DNA of 30,751 nucleotides from a bacterium (lineage in GTDB: Bacteria > Hydrothermota > 32-111). Under the pieces are notes generated by a model, which was not told the origin of the DNA, did not search any database, and was given only the letters and a program-made list of their open reading frames with translations. The stretch covers positions 1 to 30,751 of the forward strand of contig JBFXGO010000031.1 of the NCBI GenBank assembly GCA_050239825.1, in the 5' to 3' direction. This document shows positions 7,709 through 17,256 of this stretch, piece by piece; position 1 is the stretch's first letter; each line of letters starts with the position of its first letter. The position numbers were made by a program, and so were the translations under genes.

Positions 7709-7892
7709 TGTAATTGTACCGAGACGACTTCCTTCTTGCCTGAATGTTCTTTCTTTTCTTGATTTCGCATGGCTTCTCATAGAACTGATGGTTCTTTATT
7801 TCGGAGAGAATGCCGGACTTTTCACAGAGTCTTTTGAATCTTTTCAGAGCAGAATCAAATGATTCACCGTCTTTAACTCTTACGCCTGCCAT
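7695..7892 (-). CDS. rpsU: 30S ribosomal protein S21
   Basis: MAGVRVKDGESFDSALKRFKR..EKSGILSE...FYEKP. SD AAGGGGTG before ATG 7892. Confidence 0.96.
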   Translation of the reverse strand: MAGVRVKDGESFDSALKRFKRLCEKSGILSEIKNHQFYEKPCEIKKRKNIQARRKSSRYNYNDNN

Positions 7893-7930
7893 TAAAATCA
7901 CCCCTTGCGTTTAATTGTTTAGAGGGCTTT

Positions 7931-7958
7931 ATTATATAATAATTCCTCTATTTGTCAA
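7931..7958 (-). promoter_or_regulatory. Sigma70 promoter of rpsU-cvpA-mutS2
   Basis: TTGACA (7958-7953), 16 nt, TATAAT (7936-7931). Confidence 0.8.
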
Positions 7959-8125
7959 TAGGAAAAATTCTTATTTTTACATTTTTTAGAGCCGGAGCTT
8001 TAAAAAATACTTCCTAAACCGTTAAATTACTATATGTTGTGCCTATTTGTCTTTCGCACCACAATAGGTTCAATAATATTATGTAAAGTATAAGCCATCC
8101 CCACCTCTTGGGAAAATGGAAACCG

Positions 8126-11008
8126 TCAGTCTATCGGATTTTTATTAAAAACTTCTGAAATTAAATCAGCCATTCTAGTGTTACTAAACTGTGTTCTAAA
8201 TTCAATTTTTACTCTACCTTTAAAGAATTCCTCTGCATGTCTGATTTTCGATATTTCCTCTGTTCTCAAACCAATCTCATTATCTACATTCTTGGTTTCA
8301 ATAATGAAATGCAATTTCTTCTCTCCATCCTTATATTTTAATACATATGCAAAATCAGGAGAATAGCTTTTACCTCCTGCCACAGGAATCTTTATTGAGT
8401 TTTTCGGAATTTTTGTGAAGACAATTACTTCGTCAATTTCAGTCATAATATTCTTCTTTTCCAACTCCGAATCAAAATACAATTCTTCATACAAATATTT
8501 TTGATTTACAGCTTCATTTGAAAAGAAAACGCCTACATCAGATGAAGATATCTCCTGTAAGACATTTCCTTCTGCATCAGTCAGTTTAGTAGGATGGATA
8601 TTATTTGAGACCCTTTTATATTCTATACTGAACTTATCAATAGCATTTTTCATTAAATAGTCGTCAAAATTTTGCTTTAATATTCTTACAGTTGTCGAAT
8701 TTAGATATTCATTTATACCAATTTTAGAATCTATGATTGCCTGATGAATCGTCTTTAAATTTATATTTAACAGCTTTGATAGTTCTTTTAGTAAGTCGCT
8801 GTATTTCATTGTTGATATTTTTTTAGTACTTTTGCTATAAACGGATTCGGAATCTTGTACAAAAGCATTGTTTTCTTGCACAACAATCTGCTCAACTCTT
8901 TCCCGTATTCCATCATTTGTTAATAAACTCTTCTGCCCTTCTAAAAACTCTGTTAGAAGATTTTTAAAAGCATTTTCATTTTCAAATTTATATTCCAATA
9001 TTGCTTTTTCACTTAATGTCTCCCATAGTTCTTTCAATTCCAAATATTTCTCGCTTCTTACTTTAACTTTTTTTCTGTTATCAGTCGCCTTGCGAATCTT
9101 GTTTGCATTTACTCCATCAAACACTCTTGGGTAATTATTCTTGATATATGCGAAACCGCCATCTATAAAACGGTGAGTCGGTTTTATTATATTTTTTCTT
9201 ATAAGGTCATCTATTAAATCATCCTCTTTGATTTCGTAAATTTCACAAATTTTCTCAATCATTTCCTCGGAAATTTTTTCCGGTTCTTGCTCCGCAGCCA
9301 CAATGCCGGATTTTTGATTTATTTCCTCGACCAATTTCTCTATAAAATCACTTTCGGTGAAATCAACATAGTAGTTTAAATAAAACTGCTCATCCTTTAC
9401 TCGATTTCCATATTCATTTACCGGAAGTCTTAACCCTCTGCCGACTTCCTGTAATTTAGATATTTCACTACCGCTGCTTCTCAATTTACAAATCTGAAAA
9501 ACATTCGGATTATCCCATCCTTCTCTCAAAGTCCATTTGGAAAAAATGAAACGCCTTGGGTTTTCCAAATCAAGAATAGCCTGTTTGTCATGCAATATTT
9601 CATTAAGTTCTTTTTCGATAGTTTCATCTTTTTCTTCATTGTCCTGCGAAAAATATCCCGCATGAGTTCCTGATATATTTTTATATGTCTTCTCTAACAA
9701 AGATTTATAGTTCGGGTCAGTCTCTGTTTTTAATAATTCACTGACTTCCGCACCCACATATTTCTCCAAAGTTTTTCTAATGTAACCATCCATATTTCTA
9801 TATTCTTCTATGTTGTCAATAAAAAATAGTGTGAGTGGTTTTATTTTTACTTCTCTTTTTAAGAGTTTCCTTTCTATTTCAAAATGATTCTTTATCGTCT
9901 TTTGAATCATTATTTCTTGTAGAGTTTCTGCGTAAGAGTATGGATTGATTTTCTCTCCTTTTCTCATTTCCAATCCATTTGAAAGAACAGCTATGCTCTT
10001 ATTCAGTTTTTCGAGAGTTAAATCTGTCATCACTGAATGAACTTTATTAAAACTTTCATTTTTTACAAGTGTTACCCTCTTTCTTTCATTATTCTCTATG
10101 AGCTCAAAAAAAGCCTCAGTCCCATCTGAATCAACAAATCTCACTAAGGCATTCTTGCCTGCATCAAATTCAGTAATATGCCCTATCACTCCTTTAACCA
10201 AATTTCTGTTGAATGAATCAACAGCAGATAAGGAGTAAACTATGTTTTCATATTCCTGAAAAGTAGCGCCATACCTCAAAATGAATTGTGAATTCATTTT
10301 TTTTATATTCTCCCAAGTTTTTTTATCCTTAGCATACTTATGAGGTTCATCAATAATCGTAAATGGTTTAACAGCGGCAATTGCATCAAAAGGTATTGAG
10401 TATTTGTCAAAGAGGCTTTTATCAAAACTCTTCTGCATAGTATCGGAATTTATCATCCCGGCATTGATAATCATCACTTGAATAGTCTTCTTATCGTGAT
10501 TCTCCGCAGTTACGAAACTTGAAATGGATGTAGGAATATAACTCTTTTTACTCTTATTGTTCTTTTGACTCTCTACAATATGAAGCTTAATCGTCTTATT
10601 ATATTGCTCCTTGAAATGCTCCCGGCAACTGTCAGATTTGAGAAAATCTATTGTCCCTGCTTTTATGGAGAGCGTTGGAACAACAACAATAAATTTGAAA
10701 ATTCCATACAACTTATTTATTTCATAGATAGTTTTAGTATATGTGTATGTTTTTCCTGTTCCTGTTTCCATCATGATATCAATTATGTGGCTGTTTCTTT
10801 TGATTGGCTCTTTTAATCCGTTTTCCTTCTGAATTTTTGATAAATTTTGTGCATATTGCCTGTCATTTAAATAATCGAATACCGGGTTTATATACTTCTT
10901 ATCTGTTTCCGGAGGATAAATCATTTCAATATTTTCAAAAACTGCAGTTGCGCTTTCCACTGCTTGTTTCTGATGCAACAGGTCCTTTTCAAAATTAAAT
11001 GCTTTCAT
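8126..11008 (-). CDS. res: Type III restriction endonuclease Res subunit (EcoP15I/EcoPI-like)
   Basis: METGTGKT (Walker A), IIDEPH, LREGWDNPNVFQIC, QEVGRGLRL, C-terminal nuclease YSPDFAY...IIETK. Confidence 0.95.
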   Translation of the reverse strand: MKAFNFEKDLLHQKQAVESATAVFENIEMIYPPETDKKYINPVFDYLNDRQYAQNLSKIQKENGLKEPIKRNSHIIDIMMETGTGKTYTYTKTIYEINKLYGIFKFIVVVPTLSIKAGTIDFLKSDSCREHFKEQYNKTIKLHIVESQKNNKSKKSYIPTSISSFVTAENHDKKTIQVMIINAGMINSDTMQKSFDKSLFDKYSIPFDAIAAVKPFTIIDEPHKYAKDKKTWENIKKMNSQFILRYGATFQEYENIVYSLSAVDSFNRNLVKGVIGHITEFDAGKNALVRFVDSDGTEAFFELIENNERKRVTLVKNESFNKVHSVMTDLTLEKLNKSIAVLSNGLEMRKGEKINPYSYAETLQEIMIQKTIKNHFEIERKLLKREVKIKPLTLFFIDNIEEYRNMDGYIRKTLEKYVGAEVSELLKTETDPNYKSLLEKTYKNISGTHAGYFSQDNEEKDETIEKELNEILHDKQAILDLENPRRFIFSKWTLREGWDNPNVFQICKLRSSGSEISKLQEVGRGLRLPVNEYGNRVKDEQFYLNYYVDFTESDFIEKLVEEINQKSGIVAAEQEPEKISEEMIEKICEIYEIKEDDLIDDLIRKNIIKPTHRFIDGGFAYIKNNYPRVFDGVNANKIRKATDNRKKVKVRSEKYLELKELWETLSEKAILEYKFENENAFKNLLTEFLEGQKSLLTNDGIRERVEQIVVQENNAFVQDSESVYSKSTKKISTMKYSDLLKELSKLLNINLKTIHQAIIDSKIGINEYLNSTTVRILKQNFDDYLMKNAIDKFSIEYKRVSNNIHPTKLTDAEGNVLQEISSSDVGVFFSNEAVNQKYLYEELYFDSELEKKNIMTEIDEVIVFTKIPKNSIKIPVAGGKSYSPDFAYVLKYKDGEKKLHFIIETKNVDNEIGLRTEEISKIRHAEEFFKGRVKIEFRTQFSNTRMADLISEVFNKNPID

Positions 11009-11009
11009 G

Positions 11010-12341
11010 TTATTTAATCGTTTTTAATATTTTTTTACCATCAGAGGTCAATCTGTATTTTTGCTTACTACTCTTTGGTTTATCAGGAATTGTTAATTCA
11101 ATTATTCCTTCTTTTAATGCAGGATAAAGATAATTCTCATTAAAATTCTTTTTATCTTTCAAACCTAATTTCTTCTGTATTTCTATTCTTGAAAGTTCCC
11201 CTTCTAAAATCATCACAAGCATTTCGACTTGGGGGGTAACTTGGGGGGTAACTTGGGGGGTAACTTGGGGGGTAACTTGTAAAGAATTGAAAATAACGCG
11301 AGTAAAATTTTCGCTGAAAGTAAAGCATTCTCTTCCATAGGATTCTAATATTCTAGGTATGCCTGAACCCAATTGCTCAACAAGCTCTAAATCTTTAAAT
11401 ATCCTCATAAGCTCTTTATTTCTCGGCACTGAAAATCCTTCAAAAAACTCATCTCTACTTAATCCCTCAGGTAAAGAACCTGCTGAAGTGATTTCTATTC
11501 GGTTTGGGAAAATCTCTATTTTAGGCATACTCTCCCTTGAATAGTCATTGTGCACAATCGCATTCAGAATTGCCTCTCTTAATGCAATGGCATTCCATCG
11601 TCGTTTCTCGGCTCTTTCTTTTGAAGTAATCTTAACAGATGTGTTATTTTCAATTTCAATTTTCTCAAGAATCTGCTTTGTTGCTTTGACTAAAGAGCAA
11701 TAACCATACTCATTGTTTTCTATTAGATCGGTTCGTGTTTCCGATGCATATTTTGCAAATTTTATTGATACATTGTTTTCATCAGCCAACAGATAAGCAA
11801 CATAGTTAAATTCATTGTTCTGCGTCAATAATTCTAAGTTAGTTCTAAAGCTCTTATTTAGTGTCTTCTTCCTTTCATTATAATAGATATGCAATTGTTC
11901 AAAAGTCAAATTTTGACGAGGTGATTTGATTTTTCCTATCGAATTTCGCGTTCGCGATGAAAATAGTTCATCTATCATTTTTTGAGACATCGGTTCAGCA
12001 GCATTTCCTATCCTTATAAAACATCCTTTTTCAGTCATTCCATATTTCCTCTTAAAATATGGCTTCTCGCTTCCCCCGGCGATTATAATTTCAATGACAT
12101 TCTCCTCATCCGAAATAACATCAAAGAGCCCTAAAGAAGAGGGCATAATATTGTTTTTAATTCGGTCCTTGATTTTTAAAATATCGCTATCAATTTCTTT
12201 TACTCCCACTTTTTTCCCTTCATTGTCTATACCTATGAAAATCCTACCACCTTCCGGAGTATTCAGAAAGGATATCACTTCTTTCTCCAAATCCATTTTT
12301 TCATTTAATTCTCTTTTATATTCTATTCTATTTGATTCCAT
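11010..12341 (-). CDS. Schlafen/AlbA_2 domain, HATPase_c_4 (RecG-C-like) domain and C-terminal HTH protein
   Basis: ESNRIEYKRE and FLNTPEGGRIFIGID (AlbA_2). REAILNAIVHNDY...RNKEL..VEQLGSGI (HATPase_c_4). (QVTP)n linker. LTIPDKPKSSKQKYRLT HTH tail. Confidence 0.85.
   Translation of the reverse strand: MESNRIEYKRELNEKMDLEKEVISFLNTPEGGRIFIGIDNEGKKVGVKEIDSDILKIKDRIKNNIMPSSLGLFDVISDEENVIEIIIAGGSEKPYFKRKYGMTEKGCFIRIGNAAEPMSQKMIDELFSSRTRNSIGKIKSPRQNLTFEQLHIYYNERKKTLNKSFRTNLELLTQNNEFNYVAYLLADENNVSIKFAKYASETRTDLIENNEYGYCSLVKATKQILEKIEIENNTSVKITSKERAEKRRWNAIALREAILNAIVHNDYSRESMPKIEIFPNRIEITSAGSLPEGLSRDEFFEGFSVPRNKELMRIFKDLELVEQLGSGIPRILESYGRECFTFSENFTRVIFNSLQVTPQVTPQVTPQVTPQVEMLVMILEGELSRIEIQKKLGLKDKKNFNENYLYPALKEGIIELTIPDKPKSSKQKYRLTSDGKKILKTIK
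11227..11279 (-). repeat. 12-bp coding tandem repeat, about 4.4 copies (QVTP)
   Basis: ACTTGGGGGGTA at 11227, 11239, 11251 and 11263, plus ACTTG. Confidence 0.95.
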
Positions 12342-12345
12342 CTGG

Positions 12346-14364
12346 CTAATACCTTATTACAAATTCAATGTCAATATGCTTTTTATTCGCATAGGATTTT
12401 ATGTTCTCCGAAAGTTCTCTTAGATTTTTACTATCAAAATGATATCCGAAAGCGATAATCGATTTTGGATTAAAGGTCTTATCAGAATCAATTTTTAACA
12501 ATAGTTGCTTAAGATTTTCTGTAGTAAAACCTTTATGCATGAGGTATAATTTCTCATTTCCATAATTGGCAGTATATCCATCCAGATTAATACTTTTTAA
12601 ATATACTGTCAACGGTATATTGTCATAAGTTTTCCAGGTAGTAAGAAGAGCATTGATGTCATCCTCGGTTAATTTGCTTTCATCAAATAAGTTTTTATCG
12701 TCTAATTCATCCGCTTCAAAGGTATAATTCTCCCAAATTGGTATGGTTTCATATATCTTGAATCCAAGATCTTGCTCTTTGAGTGCATTAATCTCGCCTT
12801 TAAGTTGTTGGATTTTCTGTTCTTTATCTTCTAAATCCAATTTACTTTCAATGTCTTTAATTTCTCTTTGTTTTTCGTTTATCTTCTTATCAATTATTTC
12901 TCCCTTTATTTTTTTAGCAGATCTAATAAGACGCTCTTTTGTGATTTCAAATATTGTTGGTTCTGTTTTTAGTTCGTCTTTTACAAAATCATAGGCTGTT
13001 TTACTCTTTTTAGGGTCAATTAGCTCTGGAAGTTGAACTAAAATATATTGCCTTTGTCCACCATCCTCTGCATTTAATTGCATAACGGCGTCTCCTGTAG
13101 TCCCTGAACCCGAAAAATAATCGAGGATAAAACCATTAGACTCAACTGAAAAGCTCATAAGCTTCTTTAAAAGTTTTACTGGTTTCGGTGTATCAAACAC
13201 CTTATTACCATCAAACAATGATAGTATCTCTTTTACTGCATCAGTTGTTGTTCCGTATTCAGTAAATATAGTTCTGATTTTTATAATCTTTCTTTCTTCT
13301 TCAATTTCGTCGAAATAGATAACTTCATAAGGAGTTAATCTATTTTTCCTGTCTTTTTGCCAATATAAATGCTCTTTATCTAGACATTCTGGTTTTTTTC
13401 TCCAGCATCCTTCTTTTCCATTGGGAGCAACAGGATAAAACTCTTTTCCTTTGGGATCAAGTATAGCGTAGTATAAAGTAGGTCTGTCGGTTCTCAATGA
13501 ATGATTTCCCCATTTTTCCAATTTAACTAATTTTGCTGCTCTTGAATTTATATTTTTACTAAATTCTTCTTCCTCAAAATCTTTAGTCTCATCAATTATT
13601 TTCCAATTATTTTTTGTATAAATCAAAATATATTCATGTTCTTTAGCCAAATCTTGAGAATCTTGACTTCCCCCCTTCTTTTTTTGCCATATAATTTGCT
13701 GCAGAAAATTCTCTTCCCCAAATATATCATCCATCAACAATCTCAGTTGAGCAACCTCATTGTCATCAATGGAAATAAAAATTGCTCCATCATCTTTTAG
13801 CAATTGTTTGGCAATATAAAGTCGTGGATACATAAATGTTAGCCAAGCTGAGTGACTATTGCTTTTGCTACGAGTAAAATCCAAAATGCGTTTCGCTTTT
13901 TCTTCATTAAGACCTGATAGTTGTTGAAATTCCTCTACTGTGAATTTTCTATCATCCTGATAAACAAACCCATCAGTCCCTGTGTTGTAGGGCGGGTCTA
14001 TGTATATCATTTTAATCTTCTCATAGTAAGCATTAACTAAATGCTTAAGCACTTCTAAATTGTCGCCTTTTATCAATAGATTTTGAGACTCTTTATTAAC
14101 TTCTTTCTTATTATGTTTTTCATCCTCTTTTAATAGTGTTGTAGCTGAGTCACTAGCCAATAAACGCGCGTAAGATTTACCAAGCCATTCAAGACCGTAA
14201 CTTTCCGTAGAAAAATTGAATTCTTTTGTTTGAAGGTGTTTTTGAAATTTATCTATTAAAAATTTGCCGTTTTTATCAAAGCATTGTGGAAACATCTTCT
14301 GAAGCATCATAAAATCATTATTTATTACTTTAATGTTGTTTGTTATCTTCTGTTCTTTATCCAT
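12346..14364 (-). CDS. mod: Type III R-M Mod subunit (N6-adenine methyltransferase, beta class)
   Basis: GDNLEVLK, IYIDPPYNTG, HSAWLTFMYPRL, FDTPKP, DYFSGSGTT. Start revised to ATG 14364 behind SD GGAGG. Confidence 0.95.
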   Translation of the reverse strand: MDKEQKITNNIKVINNDFMMLQKMFPQCFDKNGKFLIDKFQKHLQTKEFNFSTESYGLEWLGKSYARLLASDSATTLLKEDEKHNKKEVNKESQNLLIKGDNLEVLKHLVNAYYEKIKMIYIDPPYNTGTDGFVYQDDRKFTVEEFQQLSGLNEEKAKRILDFTRSKSNSHSAWLTFMYPRLYIAKQLLKDDGAIFISIDDNEVAQLRLLMDDIFGEENFLQQIIWQKKKGGSQDSQDLAKEHEYILIYTKNNWKIIDETKDFEEEEFSKNINSRAAKLVKLEKWGNHSLRTDRPTLYYAILDPKGKEFYPVAPNGKEGCWRKKPECLDKEHLYWQKDRKNRLTPYEVIYFDEIEEERKIIKIRTIFTEYGTTTDAVKEILSLFDGNKVFDTPKPVKLLKKLMSFSVESNGFILDYFSGSGTTGDAVMQLNAEDGGQRQYILVQLPELIDPKKSKTAYDFVKDELKTEPTIFEITKERLIRSAKKIKGEIIDKKINEKQREIKDIESKLDLEDKEQKIQQLKGEINALKEQDLGFKIYETIPIWENYTFEADELDDKNLFDESKLTEDDINALLTTWKTYDNIPLTVYLKSINLDGYTANYGNEKLYLMHKGFTTENLKQLLLKIDSDKTFNPKSIIAFGYHFDSKNLRELSENIKSYANKKHIDIEFVIRY

Positions 14365-14448
14365 TAATCCTCCTGTCAAGAAATCACATTATTTAGAATT
14401 ATTAAAGACTTCATTTTTTTTATTTGCATACTTCATAGTTTAAATTTA

Positions 14449-14476
14449 ATTTTACACATTCTTTTTATAATGTCAA
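14449..14476 (-). promoter_or_regulatory. Sigma70 promoter of the Type III operon
   Basis: TTGACA (14476-14471), 16 nt, TAAAAT (14454-14449). Confidence 0.6.
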
Positions 14477-14495
14477 TTATTCGTAAACAAATTTT

Positions 14496-14770
14496 CTATT
14501 TCTTTTCGAGCATGGCGAAGGTGACGCCTGAGGGTTCATTAAAAAGGCATATCCATGTGCCCTTGGCAATCTCATTGGGTTCAAGAGTGACAAGACAACC
14601 GTTTTCAACAACCTTTTTTGCCATTCCTTCTATGTCCTTCACTCTTGAGTTTCAAGAGTTCCGAATTTCTCATCCTCGTCAAAATCCCATTCAAAGACAT
14701 CCTTGAAAAATTTCACTGATTTATCCCTGTCATGCGAAGCCAATTCCCAGTAAACAACAGGATTATTCAT
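14496..14770 (-). pseudogene. VOC/glyoxalase-family pseudogene (internal deletion with frameshift)
   Basis: Frame 1 MNNPVVYWELASHDRDKSVKFFKDVFEWDF...TQE*. Second frame RVKDIEGMAKKVVENG...PNEIAKGTWICLFNEPSGVTFAMLEKK*. Span of 275 nt is not a multiple of 3. Confidence 0.8.
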
Positions 14771-14797
14771 CTCTCTCTCCTTTATGCATTTATTGAT

Positions 14798-15391
14798 TTA
14801 TTCAGACCACTTCTGCCGCTTGTCTATGGAGCGTTGAAGGGTGTACTCGTCTATGAATTCGAAATCGCTTCCGAAAGGAACTCCGCGCGCTATTGTAGAG
14901 ACTGTCTCAACTAAGTTTTCAAGGGTCCTTGACAGGTATATGGCGGTTGTCTCTCCCTCTGTCGTCGGAGGCAGAGAGAGTATAACCTCGCCTATGCTTT
15001 CCTTCTTTATTCTCTCAATTAATTTTTCAACCCCTATCTTTTCAGGAGTGACCCCGTCAATCGGAGAGATGAGGCCTCCGAGCACATGGTATCTGCCTCT
15101 AAATCTTTTAGATTTTTCAAATATGAAAATATCGCGGGGACGCTCGAGAACCATCAGTATTCCCCTATCCCTCTTTGCATCCGAACATATTTCACAGGGG
15201 TCTGTCTCTCCGTATCCTCCGCAATTGGAGCAGATTCTAATCAGTTCATTTACTGTTTTTATCTCTTCCGAAAGATTTGCGGAATATGCTTTTCCCTTTG
15301 AAATCATTGAGAAGATGAGCCGTTCGGCAGTCTTCTCTCCTATGCCCGGAAGCTGCTTTAAAAGCAGTTTCAGCTTTTCAAACTGCTCCAT
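14798..15391 (-). CDS. recR: Recombination mediator RecR
   Basis: HhH LPGIGEKTAERL, C4 zinc finger CSNC..CEIC, YHVLGG.ISP.DG, TTEGETTA, IARGVPFG. Confidence 0.97.
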   Translation of the reverse strand: MEQFEKLKLLLKQLPGIGEKTAERLIFSMISKGKAYSANLSEEIKTVNELIRICSNCGGYGETDPCEICSDAKRDRGILMVLERPRDIFIFEKSKRFRGRYHVLGGLISPIDGVTPEKIGVEKLIERIKKESIGEVILSLPPTTEGETTAIYLSRTLENLVETVSTIARGVPFGSDFEFIDEYTLQRSIDKRQKWSE

Positions 15392-15697
15392 TTAGAATCC
15401 GGGGATATTCATCCCGCCGGTCACTTTCGACATCTCTGCCTGAGCAGATTCATCCGCCTTTCTTTTTGCTTCGTTGAAAGCGCTCATAAGAAGGTCCCTA
15501 AGAATCTCCTTCTCCTCCGCCTTCACGACCTCATCATTTATCTCAATATCCGTCACTTCCATTTTGCAGTTCATTCTGACTGTCACCATGCCGCCTCCGA
15601 CAGAAGCCTCCACCATGATGTCTTTGAGTTTCTCCTGTGCCTCTTCCATCCTTTTCTGCATCTCAGTCGCCTGTTTCATCAATTTCCTCATGTCCAC
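15392..15697 (-). CDS. ybaB: YbaB/EbfC nucleoid-associated protein
   Basis: MKQA.EMQ..M...Q...GGGMVTV...L.DL..SAFNEA...PGF. Lies between dnaX and recR. Confidence 0.95.
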   Translation of the reverse strand: MDMRKLMKQATEMQKRMEEAQEKLKDIMVEASVGGGMVTVRMNCKMEVTDIEINDEVVKAEEKEILRDLLMSAFNEAKRKADESAQAEMSKVTGGMNIPGF

Positions 15698-15706
15698 CGA
15701 AACCTC

Positions 15707-17233
15707 CTATTTAATTATCTCTCCGCCAAAATCTTTCATGAGTTTTTCTACATTCGGGTCATCCTCAAGCCTGTTCTTTAGAAGCCTGCTGTATTTTTCG
15801 CTGTTGTCAAACTCAAGTTCAATCTTAAGCGCGGGATTGAATTCTTCAATGAGACGGTTCACCTTTTCGGAGTCAATAGTCTTTTTGTATGAAGCCGGCA
15901 CTTTAAGAAGGTATTTGTTTTCGCTCACATTTTTTTTCTCCGCGCTCTTCAATGCTTCACAGAGGAACCCTTCATCCTTTATGTATAAAAGAAAATCCTC
16001 CAGCAGGTTGATCTTCTGTTGATTTGCCGATTCCTCTTTAGCATTTTCAGTTTCCGGCCTTTTATTTTCAGCTCTTCTCTCCTGCTGTGGAGATTGTCTC
16101 GGAGAACCGGATTTAAGGAATCTTATTATATCATCAATGTCTTTTGTATCAGCCATCAATGGAATCCTCGATATCTGATTCTCGACAAGAACCCTCTTCT
16201 GCGACGCGGTCTTCAGTTTGAAGTTTGTCTCTATCAATTCGCGGGTTATCTGATTAAGAGCTGTGTTTGAGAATTGAGAGGACTGCTTTTTTGCCTTTGC
16301 GTAAATACTCTTTTGCAGTATCTGAATATCCTCAGTATTTATTTCATTTTTAATCAGCATAAGCCTGTGAATATAAAATGCAAGCTCAGACACAAATGTT
16401 TCAAGGTCATACCCGTTCCTGAGTATGTCATTCAGCCCCGATATCAGTCCGTTTATATTTTTCTCAATGATAAGGTCTGTGTACCCTGCGAAGAAAAAGA
16501 CATCAAGCCTACCGAACATCAGGTTGACGCTGTCATACGCTATCTTCTGCTGAAGCAGAGCTATCTGGTCAAGTATTGAGAGAGCGTCCCTCATTCCTCC
16601 GTCAGCCATCTGTGCTATTAGACTCAAACCGTCAGGTTCAAATTCTATCGACTCCTCCCTGCATATTATCTCGAGCTGACGCACTATTTCCGTTATCGGT
16701 ATCCTTTTAAAATCAAATCTCTGGCACCGTGAAAGTATTGTCGGTATCACATTGTATGGTTCGGTTGTGGCGAATATGAATTTGACATGCTCCGGCGGCT
16801 CCTCAAGAATTTTCAGCAGGGCATTGAATGCCTCTTTTGTCAGCATGTGCACTTCATCGATTATGAATATTTTATAATTGCCCGAGACGGTGACATACTT
16901 TGCCTTCTCTCTGAGGTCCCTCACCTCATCTATTCCCCTGTTTGAAGCGCCGTCTATCTCTATGACATCAATATCCCGGCCATCTATGATGTCTCTGCAT
17001 GAACTGCATTTAAGACACGGCTCTCCCTCTTCGGGATTCTGGCAGTTCATTGCCATAGCCAGAATTCTCGCCGCTGTAGTCTTTCCCACGCCTCTCGGCC
17101 CGGAGAAGAGCATCGCATGAGGTATCCTTTTGTTTTTGACTCCTCCGCGGAGAATCTTCACAATCTGATCCTGTCCTATAATGTCCTCAAACCTCTGGGG
17201 TCTGTATTTTCTTGCAAATACTACATAAGCCAT
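15707..17233 (-). CDS. dnaX: DNA polymerase III subunit gamma/tau
   Basis: ARKYRPQ, GPRGVGKTT, EIDGASN, IDEVHML, LLKILEEPP, TILSRCQ. Confidence 0.97.
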   Translation of the reverse strand: MAYVVFARKYRPQRFEDIIGQDQIVKILRGGVKNKRIPHAMLFSGPRGVGKTTAARILAMAMNCQNPEEGEPCLKCSSCRDIIDGRDIDVIEIDGASNRGIDEVRDLREKAKYVTVSGNYKIFIIDEVHMLTKEAFNALLKILEEPPEHVKFIFATTEPYNVIPTILSRCQRFDFKRIPITEIVRQLEIICREESIEFEPDGLSLIAQMADGGMRDALSILDQIALLQQKIAYDSVNLMFGRLDVFFFAGYTDLIIEKNINGLISGLNDILRNGYDLETFVSELAFYIHRLMLIKNEINTEDIQILQKSIYAKAKKQSSQFSNTALNQITRELIETNFKLKTASQKRVLVENQISRIPLMADTKDIDDIIRFLKSGSPRQSPQQERRAENKRPETENAKEESANQQKINLLEDFLLYIKDEGFLCEALKSAEKKNVSENKYLLKVPASYKKTIDSEKVNRLIEEFNPALKIELEFDNSEKYSRLLKNRLEDDPNVEKLMKDFGGEIIK

Positions 17234-17256
17234 TTTGTTCCTTTTTTAAAATATAA

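Noticed and set aside
4762..7862. Plus-strand ORFs over mutS2, cvpA and rpsU, and similar ORFs opposite res, mod, recR, dnaX, guaB, rnr, the SufS-like gene and the MTase
   Set aside because: They lie antisense to well-supported genes and have Ser/Phe/Ile-rich shadow composition.
12346..14364. Phase-variable mod (phasevarion)
   Set aside because: No simple-sequence repeat tract in the gene or its promoter beyond short A-runs.
14389..14436. Short ORF MKYANKKNEVFNNSK upstream of mod, echoing the Mod C-terminal SYANKK
   Set aside because: A five-residue match in AT-rich DNA with no SD; probably chance.
16286..16292. In-frame A_AAA_AAG slippery heptamer in dnaX, and an A8 run at 15930-15937
   Set aside because: The heptamer falls near codon 314, inside the collar domain, too early to give a functional gamma subunit. 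No stimulatory hairpin is evident, and such runs are common in this A-rich coding DNA.
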